The translations under genes and the position numbers were made by a program. The notes beneath the pieces were generated by a model. That model was given only the letters and a program-made list of their open reading frames with translations. It did not search any database and was not told the origin of the DNA. Below are positions 56,903-64,000 of a stretch of DNA of 64,000 bases, one piece after another. Source of the stretch: Candidatus Altiarchaeia archaeon. Lineage in GTDB: Archaea > Altiarchaeota > Altiarchaeia > IMC4 > QMZM01. The stretch is taken from positions 1,627 to 65,626 of the forward strand of contig JBAQYF010000031.1 in the NCBI GenBank assembly GCA_049299895.1, written 5' to 3'. Every line of letters begins with the position of its first letter. The first letter of the stretch is position 1.

Positions 56903-57882
56903 TTCTTCGCAAACATCCTGCGTAGTTCGGCTCCGACTTTCTCTATCTGGAGCTCTGATTCGTCGTGCCTCATCTTGTTCAGATTGGGCATGCCGTTCTT
57001 GCATTCCGCCATCCATTCATCCGCGAATTTGCCGCTCTGTATCTCTTTTAGGATAACCGACATGTTCTTTTTCACATGGTCGTCTACTATCCTTTTCCCC
57101 CGGGTCCTGCCGCCGAATTCAGCGGTGTTGGATACGCATCTCCACATGTATTCCAGGCCCCCGTTCTGTATGAGGTCGGTTATCAGTTTCATCTCGTGGA
57201 GGGTCTCAAAGTATGCTATCTCCGGCTTGTATCCTGCGTCGACGAGCGTCTGGAACGACGCTTTTATGAGTTCCGTTGCTCCCCCGCAGAGGTCTACCTG
57301 CTCGCCGAACAGGTCGGTCTCCGTTTCCTCGGTGAACGTAGTCTCAAGGACGCCCGCCCTTGTCGCTCCAAGAGCTTTCGATAATGCAAGCGCCATTTCA
57401 CGGGCCTTCCCGGTGTAGTTCTGTTCGATAGCAATCAGTGCAGGCGTCCCGAATCCTTCAAGGTATGTTTCCCTGACGCGTAAACCGGGCCCTTTTGGCG
57501 CGATCATTATAACGTCTATGTTTTCCGGCGGCACTATCTGCTTGAATCTTATGTTGAATCCGTGGGAGAACGAGAGGGCGTTCCCTTCGTCAAGATTTTT
57601 TTGTATGCTGTCCTTGTATGTCTGACCCTGTATCTCGTCTGGTATTAGTATGTGGACTATGTCTGCCTGTTTTGCGGCCTTGTCTATGGACATTACGTTG
57701 AACCCTGCTTCCGCCGCAGCATCGAAGCTTTTGCCCCTGCGCGCGCCGATTAACACGTCCAGGCCGGAATCCCTCATGTTCTGAGCCTGCGCTGCTCCCT
57801 GGTTACCGAATCCGATGACCGCTATGGTCTTTTCTTCCAGGACGCCTAGGTCGGCGTCTTTGTCGTAGTACATTTTTGCCAT
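56899..57882 (-). CDS. ilvC: Ketol-acid reductoisomerase
   Basis: IAVIGFGNQGAAQAQNMRDSG Rossmann N-terminus, class I KARI length. Confidence 0.9.
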   Translation of the reverse strand: MAKMYYDKDADLGVLEEKTIAVIGFGNQGAAQAQNMRDSGLDVLIGARRGKSFDAAAEAGFNVMSIDKAAKQADIVHILIPDEIQGQTYKDSIQKNLDEGNALSFSHGFNIRFKQIVPPENIDVIMIAPKGPGLRVRETYLEGFGTPALIAIEQNYTGKAREMALALSKALGATRAGVLETTFTEETETDLFGEQVDLCGGATELIKASFQTLVDAGYKPEIAYFETLHEMKLITDLIQNGGLEYMWRCVSNTAEFGGRTRGKRIVDDHVKKNMSVILKEIQSGKFADEWMAECKNGMPNLNKMRHDESELQIEKVGAELRRMFAKK

Positions 57883-57956
57883 TTTAAGAAAAACACTTGA
57901 ATGTTTGCAATATGTATTGGGGCAGAAAAGAAATAAATCAAAATATGCAGGTTAAA

Positions 57957-58075
57957 GCGGCAGGGCCCCGTCGGGGGGTGGTATAACAGGACCCTGCCGC
58001 CATAATCCAAATGAACACCAATAAAAGGGAAGCGGCATGGGCATCGTTCGGGGGGTGAACAGACACCCATGCCGC
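57957..58075 (+). repeat. Two tandem ~44-nt hairpin elements (10-bp stem GCGGCAnGGG.../...CCCnTGCCGC, loops sharing TCGGGGGGTG), the second followed by GTTTTCT
   Basis: Verified against listed ORF 57846..58070 translation. Intergenic between the Cys-rich protein gene and the ilvC start. Confidence 0.45.
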
Positions 58076-58094
58076 GTTTTCTAAAATGATTGAA

Positions 58095-58541
58095 TTAACA
58101 CCCTCCCTTGTACAGGCACGACCAGCATGTCCCCCTTCCAAGGACCGTAGGCGTGAACCTGCAATAAGGCGCTATGCTAGCGCACTCTTCCCCGGTGCAG
58201 GCTATGTGCAGGCCGCTTATGCTGTTGCAGTCATCGCATGTTTTGTAGGGTTGATTTGCATTGGCTGCGATGCATTTAGATAGGTAGCACAGGGTATCCG
58301 CCGGGCACTGCGTTCTTACGGTCGTGCATTTGTTGTTGGTTCCGCATGAGGCTTTTATCACGTATAATGGATTGCCGCGATCGCAGCTGTCATAGGTCGA
58401 ACCCCCGCCGGTGTCAGTGCATGCTCCCGATTCGGTCGGCGCCCCGGAATATGGAGCATCGGAAACCTGCTCAGACGCTGCCGGATTAGCCAACAGTATC
58501 GAGAACACCAGAACTAACAAAAAGATTATTTGTTTTCTCAT
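58095..58541 (-). CDS. Secreted cysteine-rich small protein (hypothetical)
   Basis: Signal peptide. About 20 Cys in 148 aa. Confidence 0.5.
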   Translation of the reverse strand: MRKQIIFLLVLVFSILLANPAASEQVSDAPYSGAPTESGACTDTGGGSTYDSCDRGNPLYVIKASCGTNNKCTTVRTQCPADTLCYLSKCIAANANQPYKTCDDCNSISGLHIACTGEECASIAPYCRFTPTVLGRGTCWSCLYKGGC

Positions 58542-58712
58542 AATTAGAGGATATATTATTTCTTAAGTAAGAATTATAGAATTTCTGCTTAATATACTAA
58601 TAAAATAACATCACAAGTTAGACAATTTTTTGATTAGGAATAGAAAAATTGGGTTCCAGCAGAAAAAGGGCGCATAACAAAAAGAAAAAAATCAACGGAT
58701 AATACATATATA

Positions 58713-58970
58713 TTATATAGTCATCTTCAGAGCCATTCTGACCGCAAGAAGCAGACCTATTATGGATCCTGCCAGGAGACCAGTCATCGTACCGACGTTC
58801 CCATAAGGCTTCCCCAGGAGGTAACCGACGATTATCGGGACGATTATGTAAACAGCGACTTCTATACCTGATACCGCCCCCTTGTAGAATATCTCCCCCG
58901 GGAGTATCTTCCTTTTGGGATTAAGATATTTTTCTATCAGCGCCTTTTTATGATTTTTTGCGCCTGTCAT
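58713..58970 (-). CDS. Small two-TM membrane protein (AtpZ/AtpI-like?), translationally coupled to tyrA
   Basis: Start MTGAKNHKK overlaps the tyrA stop (ATGA). Two hydrophobic helices rich in G/I/L. Confidence 0.35.
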   Translation of the reverse strand: MTGAKNHKKALIEKYLNPKRKILPGEIFYKGAVSGIEVAVYIIVPIIVGYLLGKPYGNVGTMTGLLAGSIIGLLLAVRMALKMTI

Positions 58971-60310
58971 CTCGAATGCCCCCCGATACCATCGAAGAAT
59001 TTTTTGATGTTCTCCTCGGTTGCTTTCACGCAGGAGTCCACTAGAGTAAAACTGAAGCATACGCTCTTTTTCCCGGCGCCCGCCTGTTTCCCGCGATAGA
59101 CGTCCTTAATGCAGGCAGAAACGATGCCGTCATTCAAATGCTTTAACAGAGACACCAAATAAGCCTCGTCTGTCTCATCGGACAGCACGATAGAATAGTC
59201 CCGTTCAACGGTCCCGTAAAACTCTCTTTTGAATAATGCCTTTTCTTCTTCGTCCAATACCTGCAGGTTGGATATCTTGAGAGTAGACTTCTTCCCCCCG
59301 GATTCAAGCACCACCGTATCAGGGGTCACGGATCGAACGATCCCAATGTGCCGCGTCCCCGAGTATATGTGACGCAGGCATATCTCTTTTCCTACTGATT
59401 TTTTGAGATAATCCAGTTCGGAGATAAGGGAATGGATCGCCTTATCGCTTCTCCCCATAGCCCGTTCCACGTCGTCGAAATTGCCCGCCGCATCCTTCAT
59501 GATACGGATAAAGCGCGCCTCATCCTTCTTCTTCACGGCGTCCGCTAGTTCCCCCGCAGTCTCAAGGAAAACCCTGTGCACCTTCGATACCTGGGGATTC
59601 TGCATCTGTATGGAAGCATACAACTCGGGATTCTGCCCCACTATGCGGCCGATCATGTCCAGCATGAGGTCGTATATCGGCGAGGAGTATTTGCGGGATT
59701 CCTTTATGTCGAAGTCAAGTTTTTCCAGGGTCTTTCCAACGGATATGTAATTAAAGTGGGTGAGCCCCTGGACGACGGCCATGATGTGATCATGCTCTTT
59801 TGGCGTGGAGTCGTATACCCTGGCCTTATGCTCCCCGAGGAATTCCCGGATAAAAGAGGTCCATCTCTTTCCCCTGACGGGCGTGAGAACAAACACCTGT
59901 CCTTCGAGGCCTCCTACGCGGTGCCCGAATACCGGATGAGTGCCAAGAACCTCGGCATCCCTGGGAGCGTATTTCTCCATGTACTCGCAGGGCTTCTCTT
60001 TGACGCTCGTAAGATCCATCAATAAAGAACCTGCCATCACATGAGGCGCAACCTCTTTTATCACGTCGAGAGTCGCATTGATCGGAACAGAAATGATCAC
60101 GATGTCTGCGTCTTTTGCAGCGAGCGCATTATCCTTTACGTATCCTGCGCCGATCTTTCTTGCAGTCTCCCGGCCTGGGATCTCATTCGGCCCGCTTATG
60201 GTTACGGGAAATCCTTCGACCGCGAAAAGCGAAGCAAAGAACCTGCCCATGCCCCCGTACCCGCCTATAATCGCTATCCTGGGTTTCTGCCCTGCAGCCG
60301 TTTTAGCCAT
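58967..60310 (-). CDS. tyrA: Prephenate dehydrogenase with a ~170-aa C-terminal extra domain
   Basis: [11 protein letters not shown] Rossmann, [22 protein letters not shown]. Start taken at MAKTAAGQ. Confidence 0.8.
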   Translation of the reverse strand: MAKTAAGQKPRIAIIGGYGGMGRFFASLFAVEGFPVTISGPNEIPGRETARKIGAGYVKDNALAAKDADIVIISVPINATLDVIKEVAPHVMAGSLLMDLTSVKEKPCEYMEKYAPRDAEVLGTHPVFGHRVGGLEGQVFVLTPVRGKRWTSFIREFLGEHKARVYDSTPKEHDHIMAVVQGLTHFNYISVGKTLEKLDFDIKESRKYSSPIYDLMLDMIGRIVGQNPELYASIQMQNPQVSKVHRVFLETAGELADAVKKKDEARFIRIMKDAAGNFDDVERAMGRSDKAIHSLISELDYLKKSVGKEICLRHIYSGTRHIGIVRSVTPDTVVLESGGKKSTLKISNLQVLDEEEKALFKREFYGTVERDYSIVLSDETDEAYLVSLLKHLNDGIVSACIKDVYRGKQAGAGKKSVCFSFTLVDSCVKATEENIKKFFDGIGGHSR

Positions 60311-60416
60311 TTCCAGAGAAACAGTAATAATAGGCGCTTTGAATAATATATCACCAATAATGTTGAAGCGGGCGTTTTCAGGATTTATACCGTGCAGCAA
60401 AATAATTATCTGCCAG

Positions 60417-62015
60417 ATGGAAAAGAAAACAGCTATAATAATAGGCGCGGGACCCGCAGGACTGACAGCCGCCTATGAATTGCTTGAGAAAACGGATATC
60501 AAACCCATAATCTACGAAGCAAGCGACTCGATAGGAGGGATATCCCGCACCATAAACTACAAGGGCAACCGCATGGACATCGGCGGACACCGCTTCTTCT
60601 CCAAATCCGACAGGGTGATGGACTGGTGGAAGAACGTGCTCTTTCTCCAGGGGGAGCCCTCGAAAGACGAACTCATCCTGGACAAAAAATACCCCGGGCA
60701 AAAGCACAACCTGAAAACAGTCCCCGGCGGCCCGGACCCGGAGAAAACAGACAATGTAATGCTCATAAGAAAGCGCATTTCAAGGATCTTCTTCCTGAGA
60801 AAATTCTTCGACTACCCGGTCTCGCTCAACGCAAACACATTCAAGAACCTGGGCATCGTCCGCATAATAAAGATAGGGATAAGCTACGTCTGGATACGCG
60901 TATTCCCGATAAAAAAAGAAAAGTCCCTGGAAGACTTCTTCATGAACAGGTTCGGAAAAGAGCTGTATGAGACGTTCTTCAAGGATTACACCGAAAAAGT
61001 GTGGGGCGTCCCATGCAGCAAAATAGACCCGGACTGGGGGGCGCAGAGGGTAAAAGGCGTCTCCATTTCCAAAACCATCGAGCATGCGCTAAAAAAACAA
61101 TTCAAAAAAGACGAATCAATATCGCAGAAGAACGTAGAGACCAGCCTGATAGAACAGTTCATGTACCCCAAATACGGCCCGGGACAGATGTGGGAAACGG
61201 TCGCGGACAAGTTGAGAGCAAAAGGCGCAAAGATCCATATGGATCACGAGGCGATAGGGCTGATAAACGAAGGCAACAGGATAAGCGGCGTGAGAGTGCT
61301 GGACAAAAAAACAGGACAGATAACAGTCAACAGCGCAGACTATGTCTTTTCCACCATGCCGGTCAAAGAGCTGATAGCAGACCTGGAGAACGGAGCGCCC
61401 GAGGAAGTAAAGAAGATATCCGACGGACTGGTATACAGGGACTTCATAACCGTCGGGATCCTGCTCAAAAAATTAGCGATACGAAACGAGACGGATCAGC
61501 ACACCGTAGGGAACATCGTCCCGGACAACTGGATATACATACAGGAAAGGGACGTCTCGATAGGCCGCCTGCAGATATTCAACAACTGGAGCCCCTACAT
61601 GGTAGCGGACCTGGAGAACACCGTATGGATGGGCCTGGAATATTTCTGCAGCGCCAAAGATTCCTTATGGAACAAGAGCGACGAGGAATTCAAAAAATTC
61701 GCAGCGGACGAACTGGAAAAGATAAGCATCATCCGCAAAGAAGACATACTGGACTCGACCATAGTGCGCGTCCCGAAGACGTATCCTGCGTATTTCGGAA
61801 CGTATCACAGGTTCGACATGATCAAAAAGTACGTTGACACCTATGAGAACCTGTTCCTCATCGGAAGGAACGGCATGCACCGCTACAACAACCAGGACCA
61901 CTCCATGCTCACCGCGATGCTCGCTGTCGAGAACATCGCAAAAGGGATCACATCGAAGGACAACATCTGGGCAGTGAACACCGAAGAGGAATACCACGAG
62001 GGGAAAGGCAATTAA
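60417..62015 (+). CDS. FAD/NAD(P)-binding oxidoreductase (amine-oxidase/UDP-galactopyranose-mutase-like)
   Basis: [22 protein letters not shown] dinucleotide-binding motif, GGHRFF. The ORF-track N-terminal extension overlaps tyrA antisense and was discarded. Confidence 0.75.
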   Translation: MEKKTAIIIGAGPAGLTAAYELLEKTDIKPIIYEASDSIGGISRTINYKGNRMDIGGHRFFSKSDRVMDWWKNVLFLQGEPSKDELILDKKYPGQKHNLKTVPGGPDPEKTDNVMLIRKRISRIFFLRKFFDYPVSLNANTFKNLGIVRIIKIGISYVWIRVFPIKKEKSLEDFFMNRFGKELYETFFKDYTEKVWGVPCSKIDPDWGAQRVKGVSISKTIEHALKKQFKKDESISQKNVETSLIEQFMYPKYGPGQMWETVADKLRAKGAKIHMDHEAIGLINEGNRISGVRVLDKKTGQITVNSADYVFSTMPVKELIADLENGAPEEVKKISDGLVYRDFITVGILLKKLAIRNETDQHTVGNIVPDNWIYIQERDVSIGRLQIFNNWSPYMVADLENTVWMGLEYFCSAKDSLWNKSDEEFKKFAADELEKISIIRKEDILDSTIVRVPKTYPAYFGTYHRFDMIKKYVDTYENLFLIGRNGMHRYNNQDHSMLTAMLAVENIAKGITSKDNIWAVNTEEEYHEGKGN

Positions 62016-62059
62016 CGAAAAAGACGTGATTTATCTCTCTCTTACCTAATTCTAAGATA

Positions 62060-63475
62060 ATGGCCTCAGACAAAAAAAGCGTCCGCGAATCAGTAATAGC
62101 CGGCTCCTGGTATCCCGGCAAAAAAGAGGATTTGGCAAAGCTCATAGATTCATTTCTCGGGAACGCCGACAACGCCGGTCTCGGAGACGTAAAGGCATTG
62201 ATCGCACCCCATGCCGGCTACGCATACTCCGGGCAGGTTGCGGCCCACGCCTACAAGCAGATAGCCGGAAAAGAATACAAAAAAGTGATGATACTTGCCC
62301 CCAGCCATCACGTAGGCTTCAGGGGCGCATCCATCCCGGATTATACCTATTTTGAAACGCCCCTGGGGGAGATAAAAGTATCCAGCGCCGCAGGATCACT
62401 GAAAAAAGAGTCAAAACTCATACAGTCCATAGACCTGATTGAGGAAAAGGAGCATTCTTTGGAGATACAGCTTCCGTTCCTGCAGAAAGTCCTCGGCTCA
62501 GGGTTCGAGTTGATCCCGATGGTAGTAGGCGACCTCTCCGAGAAAGACAGAACGGACCTTGCCGAGTTGTTAACAAAGCATCTGGACGATGAAACGCTCC
62601 TTGTCGTAAGCACCGATCTCTCCCACTATTATCCGTATGACACCGCCGCGTTAATGGATACAGAATGCACCGATGCCATAACCGACCTGGATATCGAAGC
62701 CGCGGAAGGCTGCGAGATGTGCGGCATGAACCCGGTACTTGTCCTGCTGGAGATAGCAAAGAAACTGAACTGGAACGCGCATCTGTTGAAATACGCGAAC
62801 TCGGGAGATGCGACAGGCGATACCTCCGGGGTTGTTGGCTACGCTGCTATCGCATTCTACTCCGGGAAAAAGGAGGGGAATAAGGGAAATAAAAAAGGTG
62901 CTGCCGGCGACTTGAACAACGCGGAAAAAAAATATCTCCTCGGCCTGGCAAGGGAAACGATAGAAAACTATGTCAAATCAGGCGAAGTAACTGAACCGCA
63001 TACCGACGACCGGAAATTGAAAGAGACGCGCGGAGCCTTCGTAACGCTGGAAAAGAAAGGCCAACTGAGGGGATGCATCGGCCACATAGTGCCGGTACAA
63101 CCGCTGTTCCTTGACGTAAGGGACAACGCCATAAGCGCCGCAACCGAGGATCCGAGGTTCCGGCAGGTGGTGGAAGAAGAGCTCGACAAAATAGAGATAG
63201 AGATATCGGTCCTGACGTTCCCGGAAGAGATCAAGACAAAAAGCGCCAAGGAGACATTGGAAGCAATCAAGCCAGGGATCGACGGTATAATCCTCGAATA
63301 TAAAGGCAGAGGTGCTACATATTTGCCGCAGGTATGGGAGCAGCTGCCCGGAAAAGAGGAATTCCTGGACAGCCTGTGCATGAAGGCGGGACTATCCCCC
63401 GGCGACTGGAAGCAAAAGGATGCGAAGATCTCGCGCTACCAGGTGCAGGCATTCAAGGAATCAGATCTGCCGTAA
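62060..63475 (+). CDS. MEMO1-like (AmmeMemoRadiSam system protein B) fused to a C-terminal AMMECR1 domain
   Basis: N-terminal LIAPHAGYAYSG..ILAPSHH..VVSTDLSHY (Memo). C-terminal RGAFVTLEK..LRGCIGHIVP (AMMECR1). Confidence 0.75.
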   Translation: MASDKKSVRESVIAGSWYPGKKEDLAKLIDSFLGNADNAGLGDVKALIAPHAGYAYSGQVAAHAYKQIAGKEYKKVMILAPSHHVGFRGASIPDYTYFETPLGEIKVSSAAGSLKKESKLIQSIDLIEEKEHSLEIQLPFLQKVLGSGFELIPMVVGDLSEKDRTDLAELLTKHLDDETLLVVSTDLSHYYPYDTAALMDTECTDAITDLDIEAAEGCEMCGMNPVLVLLEIAKKLNWNAHLLKYANSGDATGDTSGVVGYAAIAFYSGKKEGNKGNKKGAAGDLNNAEKKYLLGLARETIENYVKSGEVTEPHTDDRKLKETRGAFVTLEKKGQLRGCIGHIVPVQPLFLDVRDNAISAATEDPRFRQVVEEELDKIEIEISVLTFPEEIKTKSAKETLEAIKPGIDGIILEYKGRGATYLPQVWEQLPGKEEFLDSLCMKAGLSPGDWKQKDAKISRYQVQAFKESDLP

Positions 63476-63484
63476 ATAAAGGAG

Positions 63485-64000
63485 TTAAAGATTATACTTC
63501 ACCGACGGGTGGACGGCATTCAGGTTGTAAGAAAAGACGAGGCCATTTGATTCTTCCATTACCTCATATCCTACTTCTCCCCGCTTCTTTGCCCCAGGAG
63601 CAATCTCCCCGTCCCTAAAACAATTTTCCAGAGCGCCCATGATCGCTATACTGGGCTTGGAATTGTGACCTGCCGAATCGGATATTTCACTGTTTAGCAT
63701 CGTGTTGATCACCTGGACCTGGCCGGGGTCGGTATTTTCAAAAGACACGTCCACTATCAGAAACTTCTTCCCTTTAGAGGCAGTTATGGCAAGGAACTTG
63801 CTGCCTTTCTCGTCTATGACGCTTGCGTATCTGACAGAGTGAACGGTGATCTTCATACCGTCTACGCTCGCCGATTCCCCTACCGAGAATTTCTTGGTCT
63901 GGTTCTTATCTTCTGCGCGGGTTGATTCAGTGGTGCAGCAGCTCAGGAAGAGAGCAAAAAACATCAATACCGCCAGGCAATAGATAGAGAGATTTTTCAT
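63485..64000 (-). CDS. DUF4352-like secreted lipoprotein
   Basis: Signal peptide with lipobox LSCCT, beta-rich domain (KITVHSV...FLIVDVSFENT). Confidence 0.6.
   Translation of the reverse strand: MKNLSIYCLAVLMFFALFLSCCTTESTRAEDKNQTKKFSVGESASVDGMKITVHSVRYASVIDEKGSKFLAITASKGKKFLIVDVSFENTDPGQVQVINTMLNSEISDSAGHNSKPSIAIMGALENCFRDGEIAPGAKKRGEVGYEVMEESNGLVFSYNLNAVHPSVKYNL

Noticed and set aside
57846-58070. 74-aa ORF overlapping the ilvC start
   Set aside because: It is generated by the two GC-rich hairpin elements and is antisense to the ilvC 5' end, so it is unlikely to be coding.
60078-60416. The 113-codon N-terminal extension of the FAD oxidoreductase ORF
   Set aside because: It overlaps tyrA on the opposite strand. 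The dinucleotide-binding motif begins right after the internal ATG at about 60417, so the extension is treated as non-coding.
1-64000. Scan for rRNA, tRNA and CRISPR arrays
   Set aside because: No direct-repeat/spacer periodicity was found. No convincing tRNA cloverleaf was found. There is no rRNA-like conserved sequence. None is reported.

Overview
This window looks archaeal: it carries a TFE-alpha homologue, an Hdr/Mvh electron-bifurcation cluster and a full hypABCDEF nickel-hydrogenase maturation set with NikR. GC is moderate, roughly 50%, with several clearly AT-rich islands. The main blocks are described below. (1) 1-5800 is an AT-rich accessory island. It starts with a type I hsdS carrying an in-frame TAA. 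A tightly coupled minus-strand operon follows, reading C39-like cysteine peptidase, unknown 308-aa protein, amino-MTase, SIR2-like protein, DUF262 protein. This is my best candidate for an undescribed defence system. (2) Housekeeping metG, two DUF4143 AAA ATPases, NifU-like, and several secreted Thr/Cys-rich proteins. (3) A nickel/hydrogenase region: nikR fused in an operon with a repeat lipoprotein, hypE-B-A-D-C with divergent hypF, a vapBC pair, then hdrA-mvhD/mvhG/mvhA/protease/hdrC/hdrB. An AT-rich foreign ORF sits between mvhG and mvhA, flanked by a decayed duplicate of the mvhA 5' end. A near-identical 21-nt palindromic promoter element is shared by hypF and the hdrA-mvh operon. (4) A signalling block: PrsW protease, two tandem receiver domains and a 1555-aa multi-PAS/GAF histidine kinase with internal duplications. 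(5) LarA-like/rhodanese, two flavodoxin-like FMN reductases flanking a tandem KaiC-like pair, and a second paralogous MTase in a tfe-HD-MTase-flavoprotein run. (6) dapF, a FAH-family hydrolase, ilvC, tyrA, an FAD oxidoreductase and a Memo-AMMECR1 fusion. Paired GC-rich hairpins lie upstream of ilvC. No rRNA, tRNA or CRISPR array could be supported. Coordinates I derived myself, rather than took from the ORF track, may be off by 1-2 nt.
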